The notes under the pieces are model-generated. The model saw only the letters and a program-made list of their open reading frames with translations, made no database searches and was not told the DNA's origin. From Polyangiaceae bacterium (lineage in GTDB: Bacteria > Myxococcota_A > Polyangia > Polyangiales > Polyangiaceae): 64,000 nucleotides of DNA. The first letter of the stretch is position 1; each line of letters opens with the position of its first letter. Below, piece by piece: positions 1-9,018 of the stretch. The DNA lies in NCBI GenBank assembly GCA_044376115.1, contig JBILLK010000009.1:256001-320000 (forward strand), given 5' to 3'. Position numbers and translations under genes: made by a program.

Positions 1-440
1 AGAGGGAGATAGCCATTGGCATCGAGCTCGGCCGGTTCCGCGCAGGCCCCAGCGGCGCACGCTTGCCCTTGCACACAGTCACGTTCGCTTGCGCAAGCGT
101 TGCGGCAACGTCCGTCATTGCCACAAACGAGGTCCCCCGCGCAATCACTGTGAACGGTGCAGCTGAGCTCCGTTTCAAGCAGACAAAAGCTCGTAGGCTT
201 TTCGGAGACGCACCGTCCTGGCGCTCCATTTTCGTCGAGTGGGCAATCCTTGCTGGTGGTACACGGCTGATGGCAAACCTGAAAGGTGCAGACCAAGCCC
301 TGGTCGCAGTCGGAGTTGAGCGCGCACCCTTGCCCCAGTGCGGCCAACACGGTCTCGGCATCCACCGTACACGCGGCCGAGCCGAGGCCAAAGCCGAGCA
401 CAAGGGCGCACGCAACTGTGTTCTTCAACCAACCCCGCAT
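1..440 (-). CDS. Cys-rich lipoprotein, 5' part only (runs off the window edge)
   Basis: Manual translation from ATG at 440: MRGWLKNTVACALVLGFGLGSAAC (lipobox), then C-x3-SDC / C-x3-KDC / C-x3-RDC repeats. No stop before position 1, so it is absent from the ORF track. Confidence 0.8.
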   Translation of the reverse strand, partial: MRGWLKNTVACALVLGFGLGSAACTVDAETVLAALGQGCALNSDCDQGLVCTFQVCHQPCTTSKDCPLDENGAPGRCVSEKPTSFCLLETELSCTVHSDCAGDLVCGNDGRCRNACASERDCVQGQACAAGACAEPAELDANGYLP

Positions 441-666
441 TGCTCGAGAGAACTAGCGAAACTAGCTCGAGCTGGCAACGCTCAGTGTCGGTTTCCCCCA
501 CCGCTCACGGTACCAAGTGAGCAAGAAGTTGCCGGTCGAACTTGTGATTGGCAAGTGCTTGCTCACGAATGGCGCGGGTCCCCTTTCGATCCGAGCCGTA
601 AGCCCACGAATCTGAACCGCGGCGACTTGGCACATTCCTCGCAATAGCCGATGCGGAGGCTTTGAA

Positions 667-1338
667 ATGATAAACGCTCGCTTTGGTTCAGTCGCTCTTC
701 TCACCACCCTTTGCTCGCTGATGGCGCCCAGCGTCGTGTTCGCCAATGATGCGGACAAGGCTGCGTGCGCTGAGCTAACCGTAGATACCGATTGTGTGGA
801 CGGCGATGGCCGAGCGGGCAAGTGCATCTCCGACGACACCGACCCGGTGCTTACCTGTGAAGATCTCGATAGCTACAACTGTATTGGGCTGAGTGAGAAT
901 GCCGCTTGCGTGGACGCCGCTGGGCAGCCTGGTGCATGTATTCCTGATGCGAGCGACGCCGGGGCTCTTCACTGTGAGGATAACGCCACGCCTGGCGATG
1001 ATTCTGGCGAGGGCGGGTCGGGTGGAGACGACTCTGACGGGGGCGGTGATGATTCGGGAAGCGACGACACTGCAAGTGAACGTGAGGCTGACCGCATCGA
1101 GTGTGCCGAACTCTCCGAGGGCGATAGCTGCACGGAATCGGACGGTGATGAGGGCGCTTGCAAAGTCGATGACAGCGACCCCAACGTGCTCGAGTGCGAT
1201 GACGACGCGGTAGCCAGTTCGAGCAGCGCCTCGGCGGGGTGCAGCGCGTCTGGCGGGGACGCGACGAGCAGCGGCGTGCTGCTACTGCTTGGACTATCGC
1301 TTGCTGTTGCGGGGCGCCGCAGAAGCGTTCGCGGCTAG
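667..1338 (+). CDS. Secreted acidic Cys-repeat protein with MYXO-CTERM-like sorting tail
   Basis: Signal peptide ending VFA. Three 4-Cys repeats and a Gly/Asp linker. C-terminal GCSASGG, then a hydrophobic helix, then RRR. Confidence 0.85.
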   Translation: MINARFGSVALLTTLCSLMAPSVVFANDADKAACAELTVDTDCVDGDGRAGKCISDDTDPVLTCEDLDSYNCIGLSENAACVDAAGQPGACIPDASDAGALHCEDNATPGDDSGEGGSGGDDSDGGGDDSGSDDTASEREADRIECAELSEGDSCTESDGDEGACKVDDSDPNVLECDDDAVASSSSASAGCSASGGDATSSGVLLLLGLSLAVAGRRRSVRG

Positions 1339-1429
1339 TTGTCACCTGGGCCGGTTTTGGCGGGCGCCTGGCGCCTGGTAGGGTCTTGGCCGAGCTTGAC
1401 CAGTTCTGGGCCCCGGGTGACCATCGGCT

Positions 1430-2164
1430 GTGATCGAATCGCTCGATGGTCGCGTCGCCTTGGTGACCGGTGCAGCCCGCGGGATCGGAAAGGCCATTGC
1501 ACTCGCGCTTGCATCCGCCGGCGCGAGAGTGGCGGTAAACCACCGCACCGGCGAGGGAGAGGCCGTCGAGCTCGTGCGAGAGATCGAAGCGGGGGGCAGG
1601 CATGCCTACCCTTTCTGTGCTGACGTGACCGACGCGGACGCTGTCGAGGAGATGGTTCGGGAGATCGCTCGCGAGCTTGGGCCGGTGGACATCCTGGTAA
1701 ACAACGCTGGGATCGCGCGGCCCGTCCCAATCGACTCGCTGCGCCTCGCGACGTGGGACACCACCATGGCCGTCAATCTGCGTGCGCCGTTCATCGTCGC
1801 CTCTGCGGTTCTGCCGGGCATGCGCGCTCGCCGCTTCGGTCGACTGGTGTTCATCTCGTCGACGGCGGCTCGCGTCGGCGGCATCGTCGGCCCGCACTAT
1901 GCGGCGTCCAAGGCGGGCTTGGAGGGTCTTTCGCGCGCCTTCGCTTCGTCCCTTGCACGAGAGGGCATCACCTCCAACGCGATCGCGCCCGCATTGATCG
2001 AGACGGAGATGTTGGCAGGGAATCTGAGTGCGTCTGCAGAACGCGTTCCGGTTGGGCGTCTCGGGACGCCCGAGGAGGTGGCAGACGTCGTCGTATCGGT
2101 TGTTCGCAATCCCTACATCACTGGCCAGACCATTCAGGTAAACGGCGGCATTCACATGACGTGA
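1430..2164 (+). CDS. SDR family oxidoreductase (FabG-like)
   Basis: TGAARGIG, NNAG and YAASK motifs. Confidence 0.92.
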   Translation: MIESLDGRVALVTGAARGIGKAIALALASAGARVAVNHRTGEGEAVELVREIEAGGRHAYPFCADVTDADAVEEMVREIARELGPVDILVNNAGIARPVPIDSLRLATWDTTMAVNLRAPFIVASAVLPGMRARRFGRLVFISSTAARVGGIVGPHYAASKAGLEGLSRAFASSLAREGITSNAIAPALIETEMLAGNLSASAERVPVGRLGTPEEVADVVVSVVRNPYITGQTIQVNGGIHMT

Positions 2165-2203
2165 GCGGTGTAACGGCGTGGCTCGTGCTGTACAGTCGCC
2201 GCC

Positions 2204-3229
2204 ATGCGCTATCGGACCCTCGGTAACACCGGCACCCAAGTCTCCGTCCTTTGCCTCGGTGCAATGACGTTTGGTGAGGCGGACGAGAAGTCGATGATGC
2301 ACAAGGTGGGGTCGAGCGAAGAGGAGAGCTTCGCGATCCTGGACCGTGCGCTCGAGGCTGGTATCAACTTCGTCGACACGGCTGACGTGTATGGCCAGGA
2401 CGGTCTCTCCGAACGTACTTTGGGCCGCTACCTCGCAGCCCGAAATGCTCGGGAGCGCGTGGTGGTGGCGACCAAGGGGCGCTTCCGCATGAGTCCGGGA
2501 CCAAACGGAACTGGCACGTCGAGGATGCGCATCACGCGAGCGATCGAAGCCAGCCTGACCCGGCTCGGCACGGATCGCATCGATCTCTATCAGATCCATA
2601 TGCAGGACCATCGCACGCCGGAGGAGGAGCTTCTGCGCGCGCTCGACGACGCCGTGCGCGCAGGCAAAATTGTCTATGTGGGCGCCTCCAACTACACGGC
2701 CTATCGGCTCATGGAGTCGCTCTGGGTGGCTGACAAACGCAACCTCTCGAGCTTTGTCAGCTTGCAAGCGCAATACAACTTAGCCACGCGAACGTTGGAG
2801 CGAGAGCACGTGCCGCTGTGTGCGCGTTTTGGTCTCGGTCTGTTGCCGTGGTCGCCCCTCGCCTCGGGGTTGCTTACCGGCAAATATCGCAGGGGGCAGG
2901 CTGCGCCGGAGGGCTCTCGGCTCGCGCAATGGAGGAGCCGTTACGAGCGCTTTGACACCGCAAGCAATTGGCGCATCGTTGAGGCTTTGGTGGAGGCTTC
3001 TACCGCATTGGACCTCCCGCCGAGCCAGGTTGCGCTTGCCTGGCTGCTGGCGCGCCCGGCTGTGAGCTCCGTGATTTTTGGTGCAAGAACTGTGTCCCAA
3101 CTCGAAGAGAACCTAGGCGCCGCCGAACTCACGCTCTCAGCCGAGGTGATGGCCAAACTTGATCAAGCAAGCGCCTTTGAACTCGGCGACCCATACGAGT
3201 TTATCAAGAACGTGGATGGGGCTTGGTAG
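2204..3229 (+). CDS. Aldo/keto reductase
   Basis: LCLGAMTFG, DTADVYG, IDLYQIH and LPWSPLASG motifs. Confidence 0.93.
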   Translation: MRYRTLGNTGTQVSVLCLGAMTFGEADEKSMMHKVGSSEEESFAILDRALEAGINFVDTADVYGQDGLSERTLGRYLAARNARERVVVATKGRFRMSPGPNGTGTSRMRITRAIEASLTRLGTDRIDLYQIHMQDHRTPEEELLRALDDAVRAGKIVYVGASNYTAYRLMESLWVADKRNLSSFVSLQAQYNLATRTLEREHVPLCARFGLGLLPWSPLASGLLTGKYRRGQAAPEGSRLAQWRSRYERFDTASNWRIVEALVEASTALDLPPSQVALAWLLARPAVSSVIFGARTVSQLEENLGAAELTLSAEVMAKLDQASAFELGDPYEFIKNVDGAW

Positions 3230-3247
3230 TCGCGAACGAGGCCTTCA

Positions 3248-3874
3248 ATGGCTGTTGAGCCGGGACGCAAGAGCTACCACCACGGGGACCTACCTCAAGC
3301 GCTGCGCGAGGCGACCTTGGCGATCCTGCTGGAGCTCGGCCCCGAAGGCTTCACTCTGCGGGAGGCGGCCCGTCGGGTAGGGGTCAACCACCGCGCGGTG
3401 TACCGACACTTCGAGGATAAGCGAGCCCTCTTGGCGGCGGTCGCGGAGGAGGGCTATCGCTCTTTAGCGACCAGCTTGCGTACTTCAGTTGAAGCAATCC
3501 GCTCCCCGAACGATGTCGGCGAGCGGCTGGTTGCCTTATGCGAGGGCTACCTGCGCTTTGCTCGGCGTGAGCCGGCTCGCTATCAGGTGATGTTCGGTCC
3601 GCGGCTCAACAGTGATGGCCGTTTTCCGGCGCTGGAACTAGCCATTCAGGAAGCGCTATTGGTGCTCCGCGAGGAGCTCCGCAAGGCAGGTCCTGAGGCC
3701 TCGTCGCTCGCTCGTCGCGATGCAGGGATCACCTTGTGGGCCGCCATCCACGGCTTTTCGTCGCTGGTGCTGACGCAGAAAGTTCCGCTCTCCGAGCGTC
3801 AGCTCGCCCGCTACGTGGAAACCATCATGCGACCCGTGGTGAGTGGCGTCCTGATGACACTGGCTCGTCAATAG
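3248..3874 (+). CDS. TetR/AcrR family regulator (WHG-type C-terminus)
   Basis: YHHGDL N-terminus, HTH FTLREAARRVGVNHRAVYRHF, and WAAIHG. Confidence 0.92.
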   Translation: MAVEPGRKSYHHGDLPQALREATLAILLELGPEGFTLREAARRVGVNHRAVYRHFEDKRALLAAVAEEGYRSLATSLRTSVEAIRSPNDVGERLVALCEGYLRFARREPARYQVMFGPRLNSDGRFPALELAIQEALLVLREELRKAGPEASSLARRDAGITLWAAIHGFSSLVLTQKVPLSERQLARYVETIMRPVVSGVLMTLARQ

Positions 3875-3956
3875 CTTCGGTTCTGTGCTTCTGCCAAGGA
3901 GCACAACCCGCTTGACGCCATCTTTGTCTGCGCTAATGTCTCCAGTGGAGACATAA

Positions 3957-4808
3957 ATGCGAGTGTTCACCCTCCAGGCTACTGACGGATTTCCACTTAC
4001 GATTCGTGAGTTCGCGCCGAGTGGTGCGCCTCGCGCGGTCCTGCTTTTGGCTCCTGCCATCGGGGTAAAGCAAAGCTTCTACGCGCCTTGCGCCGAGTGG
4101 CTCGCGGAACAAGGCATCCTCGTTTGGACCTTTGACTATCGCGGAATGGGGGCTTCGCGGCCCCGGTCTCTGCGTGGTTTCTCGGCTTCCATCGTTGACT
4201 GGGCACGGAAAGACTGTGCCGCCATCCTCGACCAGGTCGCGTGGCATCACCCGCGAGTCCCCATCTACTGGTTAGGCCACAGTGTCGGCGCCCAACTGTT
4301 TGGCCTACTGCCGAATCGCGAGCGTGTCGCAGCCATGCTCAGCGTCGCCGCCGGCTCGGGCTACTGGCAATACAACGCAGCACCCCTTCGCTATTACGTG
4401 CTCAGTCTCTGGATGCTCATCATGCCAGTCGCGCTGCGGGTCAGCGGCTACTTCCCAGGGCGAAGGCTTGGTGCTGTTGGCGACCTACCATACGGAGTTG
4501 CCGAACAGTGGCGTCGTTGGTGCCTGCAAAGAGACTACCTTGGAGCCGAAGAAGAGCTGAAGCAGGCTCTACAGACGGTCAAAGTCCCCATCACGGCGCT
4601 CTCTATCCAAGACGACGAAATGATGACCTTTCGCGGAACTCAAGCTCTCTTCGCGCTCTACAGCTCCGCTCCGGTCACCTATTCGCGGCTGCGTCCCGCC
4701 GAGTATGGCGTGCAGCGCATCGGCCACTTTGGCTTCTTTCGCCCCGCGATGAAGGACGCGCTGTGGCCCATGATCCCCTCATGGATCGAGCGCTGCTCAC
4801 CATCTTAG
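3957..4808 (+). CDS. Alpha/beta hydrolase
   Basis: FDYRGMGAS, nucleophile GHSVG, DDEMM and GHFGFF. Confidence 0.9.
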   Translation: MRVFTLQATDGFPLTIREFAPSGAPRAVLLLAPAIGVKQSFYAPCAEWLAEQGILVWTFDYRGMGASRPRSLRGFSASIVDWARKDCAAILDQVAWHHPRVPIYWLGHSVGAQLFGLLPNRERVAAMLSVAAGSGYWQYNAAPLRYYVLSLWMLIMPVALRVSGYFPGRRLGAVGDLPYGVAEQWRRWCLQRDYLGAEEELKQALQTVKVPITALSIQDDEMMTFRGTQALFALYSSAPVTYSRLRPAEYGVQRIGHFGFFRPAMKDALWPMIPSWIERCSPS

Positions 4809-4810
4809 CC

Positions 4811-6265
4811 TCACTCTCCAGGCCGCGCGCAGCGGAAGCCAACAACGTAAGTTCCACCTTGGTCTGGTCCGCGACTTGCGCGGTAGGCTGCGCGCAGGAA
4901 TTCACGGTTCTGAATCCATGACCCACCACGGACCGAACGCTCGCCGACCTTCCCCTCCAAGGTGCACACCGGATCCGAGAAGATGTTTGTGGTGATGGAC
5001 TTCCAGCAGGGCTCGTCTTGGGTGTTGTATCGGTCCAATACCCATTCCTGAAGGTTGCCTGCGAGGTCAAATATCTCATTGCCTCCAATCTTGATGCGGT
5101 CGGTGAGGCGAGTTAAATTCCGCAGCTCGGGATCCGCCGAGAGGGTTTGCGGGCCAGTTCCAAACGACTCGCAGTTGCTGGCGCCAACCTGTTCGATCGC
5201 GCTGTTTTCTAGGCCGCTCCTGCCCCAAACCGCTGCCTCGCAAAGCGGGGCTTCATCAGCGCCCCAGACAAACAAGGCTGAACGCAGCTCACTAGAGGCG
5301 TACTCGAACTGAGCTTCCGAAGGGAGAAGGGCCCCGCGGTCTCTACAGTAAGCGTCTGCCAACTCCCAATCCACGCAATTGGCTGGGCGCTCCTCGCTTT
5401 TAGTATCGGGTTCGTCGGTGTACGTGCAGAAGTACTCCTCGCTGATTAGCTCCTCGCTCTTGCGCGGTACGGTATCGAATTCGGGTCGGCGCTTTAGAAA
5501 CTCCCGCAGCTGGCCGACTTTGACCTCGCCCGTATCGAGAAAATAGGGCGATAGAACGACCAATCGCTGCCGGTCCGACTCGACGAAGTCATCGCCTTTG
5601 ACGAGCGGATTGCCCATCCAATACGCACCACCGTGAACGCAGGTCTCCCCAGGACCGGGTTCGAAAGTGCATGGTCTATTGTGAGCGTCCTTCCGCCAAC
5701 TCCCGACTTGAAGCTTGCTGCTGTCTCCCGCGAGCGCAGGTGACCCCTCCTGCCCGATCTCTACCGGCCGTTCGACCGTGCCCAGGGGTATTCCGACCTG
5801 CTCGGTACGCAGCTCAATCGTCGTTTCGAGGGCACCTTCTGTCGGCGTGGGCGGCAGCTCGGCAATCACCTCGATGGTCGACTCGGGGCGTGGCTCCCCA
5901 GCGAAGGAGGAAGCGTCTCGGAAGAGCCGGGCACGGACGCGCACAACTTCGCCTGGCTCAGCTTCGATGGTGAAGCTCGCTCCGTCCGGCAGGAAGGTCG
6001 ACTCATCAACGGCGAAGTCACGCCTCTCCTCGGCAGTGGGCTCGGTCTCCCCTTCACGCAATACCGCCAACTCCAGGCGATCAAAAAGCGGGATGGGGGC
6101 GTTCGGGTCCACCGTGGCGCCAGGTGCTGCGGGAACGATTGCGTCGGTGTCCAGCGTGACAACGTGATGGCCGGGGGCGGGCAAGACCTCTGAGCGGTTG
6201 CAGCCTGATGCCAAGCCAGCGAGTAACAGGGCTTGCAGTGCATTCGTGCCGAAAGCGGTCTTCAT
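4811..6265 (-). CDS. FGE/SUMF1-domain lipoprotein
   Basis: Lipobox LASGC; GGAYWMG, LPSEAQFEYA, DLAGNLQEW, RGGSW and GFRCAR. Start placed at ATG 6265 because the track's GTG at 6304 lies within the promoter motif. Confidence 0.88.
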   Translation of the reverse strand: MKTAFGTNALQALLLAGLASGCNRSEVLPAPGHHVVTLDTDAIVPAAPGATVDPNAPIPLFDRLELAVLREGETEPTAEERRDFAVDESTFLPDGASFTIEAEPGEVVRVRARLFRDASSFAGEPRPESTIEVIAELPPTPTEGALETTIELRTEQVGIPLGTVERPVEIGQEGSPALAGDSSKLQVGSWRKDAHNRPCTFEPGPGETCVHGGAYWMGNPLVKGDDFVESDRQRLVVLSPYFLDTGEVKVGQLREFLKRRPEFDTVPRKSEELISEEYFCTYTDEPDTKSEERPANCVDWELADAYCRDRGALLPSEAQFEYASSELRSALFVWGADEAPLCEAAVWGRSGLENSAIEQVGASNCESFGTGPQTLSADPELRNLTRLTDRIKIGGNEIFDLAGNLQEWVLDRYNTQDEPCWKSITTNIFSDPVCTLEGKVGERSVRGGSWIQNREFLRAAYRASRGPDQGGTYVVGFRCARPGE

Positions 6266-6276
6266 ACTGGGGTTCC

Positions 6277-6303
6277 TTCGTTCGCCTGCTGCATTTGGAT
6301 TCA
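6277..6303 (-). promoter_or_regulatory. Putative ECF sigma promoter, copy 3
   Basis: Minus strand TGAATCC-AAATGCAGCAGGCGAA(16 nt)-CGAA, intergenic, 11 nt upstream of ATG 6265. Confidence 0.6.
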
Positions 6304-6307
6304 CCGC

Positions 6308-7942
6308 TTAGTTAGTCGTTCCTGGCCGCACGCAGCGAAAGCCCACGCGTGAAGACCAAAGCGGGGAATCCTCGTCGCTAAACTCTGCTGCTTTTGCCAA
6401 ATCCTGGTTGCGGAGGCCGACCAGCAGCGAGTCTTCGTCGCTGGCCCAATCACCGCCGCGTACGGAGACGGCCTCGCCCGCGCCAACGTCGCAGGAGGGT
6501 TCGTTGAGCGGCGTATCGAACCAGCATTGTGCACAGTAGGGGCGGTTGGCGTCCAACGTCAGCTCTCGCAAGCTTCCGCCCATTCCAACCACGCCAAGCA
6601 CGGTGCGATCCTTCGAGTCGACGTTGACGGGCTGCACGCCCACATCGACGTGGTCGGGCGCGCACGAATTGGCGCCCTTCGCGGGCGAGGCGGCGCGTGC
6701 ATAGACCGCACGGTCACAGCTCGGTTCGTCGGAGCCCCAAGCGAAGCGTGTCTCGCGGTTGTTGCGCCCGGCTGCGGCCGCCACGTACTCCCATTGAGCC
6801 TCGGTTGGAAGGTCCCCGCCGTTTGCTCGGCAGAAGGCGCGTGCCGTCTCCCAGCTGACACAATTGAGCGGGTAGTTCTCGCGGCTGACCGGCCCCGTGC
6901 TGAACGTGCACTCGCGTGACTCGTCATCGCCATCGAAGTCGAGCGGCCCCTCGTTCACGATGGGCAATTCTACATTGCTAAGTAGGCCATCATCGAGCGC
7001 TTGCCTGAAGCGGCCTACCGTGACCTCGTACTTGTCTATCACCAGGGCGTCGATCAGGGCGACATGCTCAGGCACAGCATCGAAGTTGCCGTAGGCGAAG
7101 ACCGCCGGATCCCCGAGGAAGAAGAAGCCACCATCGACGCAGATGCGTTCCTCGAAGGCGGGCCATTCCGAAGGGGCCTCCTGTTCACACGGCTTTGGTT
7201 CGGGGAAGGTGCCCACGCGCGACAGCTCAGGCAGATTGGCGCCTGGCTCGGCCTGCTCGATTGCGGCGGTCTTGTATTCACCATCCTCGCACACAAGTTC
7301 ATCGCCAGCTTCGACGCTCGCGCCGAACCCCGCCTGGGCGCCAAGGCAATTGCCCCCTAACAAGACGCGAACCTCACCCTGCTCGCCGGGCTCGATCAGC
7401 ACCGGGATGATTCGGTCGATCGTCAGGTCCGGCAGCGGCTCATTCTGCGGAGAGAAGGGCGGTAACGGCTGGCCCTCGTCGTCAAGCTGCTCGAGCAACT
7501 TGGATTCTCGATCACCGTAGTCGCTCGGTAGCAGAGGTAGGCACTCTTGCTTCTCTTCTTCAGTGCTTTGCGCGTTTATCTTGTAGTCCGGTCCGAAGAA
7601 ACGCTCACCCCGATAGTCGCGTACTTTGCCGTCAGGAAAGATGCGCAGGCGCACAAATACGATTTTGGGTGCGGCGCCTCCATCGATCGTCCGCGGCCCC
7701 ACCAACACAAAGCTACTTGGCCAGCTCCGCGGATCTTCCCGTTGCAGTTCTTGCGAGAAGAACCAGTTCTCGTCGGCATCGTAGAGGTCCACCTGCAAGC
7801 GCGCGACGAACGCTTCTACATCGAGATCGGTGTCCACTACGATCTTCACTTCTGCGTAGGGCGGGGGAGCTTCAGGCCCGAGTCCACAGCCAAGAGCCAA
7901 GAGTCCGGTGCAGGACAGAGCACAGAACCGAAGCGTGCTCAT
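6308..7942 (-). CDS. FGE/SUMF1-domain lipoprotein
   Basis: Lipobox LALGC; DKYEVTVG, PLNCVSW, LPTEAQWEY, RGGDW and GFRCVR. Overlaps the upstream gene by 4 nt. Confidence 0.88.
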   Translation of the reverse strand: MSTLRFCALSCTGLLALGCGLGPEAPPPYAEVKIVVDTDLDVEAFVARLQVDLYDADENWFFSQELQREDPRSWPSSFVLVGPRTIDGGAAPKIVFVRLRIFPDGKVRDYRGERFFGPDYKINAQSTEEEKQECLPLLPSDYGDRESKLLEQLDDEGQPLPPFSPQNEPLPDLTIDRIIPVLIEPGEQGEVRVLLGGNCLGAQAGFGASVEAGDELVCEDGEYKTAAIEQAEPGANLPELSRVGTFPEPKPCEQEAPSEWPAFEERICVDGGFFFLGDPAVFAYGNFDAVPEHVALIDALVIDKYEVTVGRFRQALDDGLLSNVELPIVNEGPLDFDGDDESRECTFSTGPVSRENYPLNCVSWETARAFCRANGGDLPTEAQWEYVAAAAGRNNRETRFAWGSDEPSCDRAVYARAASPAKGANSCAPDHVDVGVQPVNVDSKDRTVLGVVGMGGSLRELTLDANRPYCAQCWFDTPLNEPSCDVGAGEAVSVRGGDWASDEDSLLVGLRNQDLAKAAEFSDEDSPLWSSRVGFRCVRPGTTN

Positions 7943-9018
7943 GGCAGCGGTACCCGCCAGCCCAGACTGCCAGCGCCAATGGTCGCTCGCTCTGGCTCAC
8001 GCAGTCCCTCGACAAGAAAATAAGTGCCTATTCCTACCCCGGTCACCGCTACGGCGGACAACGTCCAGAACCACCAGGTCTCGGTGATTGCTGGTTCGTA
8101 CACGGGCAAGGTTGCTAGAAAGTCCGACTCTTCCCCGGCCTTCACGTTGAGCAGCGCCTCCGAGGTAACGAAGCCGTCTTTCTCAACCACGACACGATAC
8201 GACCCGGCGGGTCGCTGAAGCGTGACCGGCACAGGACCGAAGTCACGCCCTTCGACCGTGACGATCGCTCCGGGCTGATCTGCCGAGATGGCAATGGTTG
8301 CTGGCAGTTCATCGAGGCTGACCTCGAGCGGAGGGGCTTTCCCTGAGACGAAGTCCTTGGCAACGACGCTGTCTGAGTGCCCGGCGCGCGAGAAGGTGAG
8401 AACGTGCCTGCCTGAATCCATCTCCAACACGAAGCTAGCGTCGGGCAGTGGCGCTCCCTTGCCTGCAGGGAGTAATCCAGCCACCAATACGTGAGGTTCA
8501 GAGGACTCTGCGGCACGCGGCGTAAGCCAAAGCGGACGCCCATCAACCGCCAGACTTACCGCGCCAGGTTTGACCGTTACGGCGACACGAACCAACAGCC
8601 CTTCAATCTCTTGCAAGAAGCCTGCGATGTCTTGCTTTAGGCGTACCGGCAATTGGGTCCGGCCGGATTCATCCTCGAGGAGCGCGGTGTTGAACGTCTT
8701 TCTCGCTGCTGTATATCGACCGAGCGCGCGCTCGCATACACCGATATTGAACAAGGTAATGGCGTGGGGGAGGATCCCGTTGGCCCGCTCGAAGGCGGCG
8801 AGCGCCTCGGCCCACTTCGCCTCAGACACGAGAGCCGTTCCTGCCTTGAATGCAGTTGTCGCCTCCTCCTTCGCTGCGGCCTCGGTTGCGGCCTTCGGGG
8901 TGGGTGCCTGCTCCGATGCTTGTGCGGAGAGGCTCACCGAGGCCGCGCAGGCAACTGCGACGAAAGAGGTGAAGCGGAAGGCGTCCAGGACTAAATAAGC
9001 GTTAGTAGGGAGAAACAA
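7939..9018 (-). CDS. TPR + PEGA domain protein
   Basis: Signal peptide; TPR helices (WAEALAAFERA..TLFNIGVCERALGRY); PEGA (ADQPGAIVTVEG..GSYRVVVEKDGF); WWFW + hydrophobic segment. Start uncertain. Confidence 0.85.
   Translation of the reverse strand: MFLPTNAYLVLDAFRFTSFVAVACAASVSLSAQASEQAPTPKAATEAAAKEEATTAFKAGTALVSEAKWAEALAAFERANGILPHAITLFNIGVCERALGRYTAARKTFNTALLEDESGRTQLPVRLKQDIAGFLQEIEGLLVRVAVTVKPGAVSLAVDGRPLWLTPRAAESSEPHVLVAGLLPAGKGAPLPDASFVLEMDSGRHVLTFSRAGHSDSVVAKDFVSGKAPPLEVSLDELPATIAISADQPGAIVTVEGRDFGPVPVTLQRPAGSYRVVVEKDGFVTSEALLNVKAGEESDFLATLPVYEPAITETWWFWTLSAVAVTGVGIGTYFLVEGLREPERATIGAGSLGWRVPLP

Noticed and set aside
851..2773. 640-aa minus-strand ORF and similar long shadow ORFs (e.g. 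24686-26233, 32653-33951, 50960-51964)
   Set aside because: They lie antisense to well-supported genes and have no recognisable motifs, as expected in high-GC DNA.
4911..4937. Fourth TGAATCC-N16-CGAA match, on the plus strand (antisense, inside the FGE gene)
   Set aside because: It lacks the AAA extension shared by the three intergenic copies and falls on codons of the conserved RSVRGGSWIQ motif. Probably coincidence, though an antisense promoter cannot be excluded.
4811..7942. FGE/C-type-lectin-fold proteins as diversity-generating retroelement targets
   Set aside because: No reverse transcriptase and no template/variable repeat pair is visible in the window.
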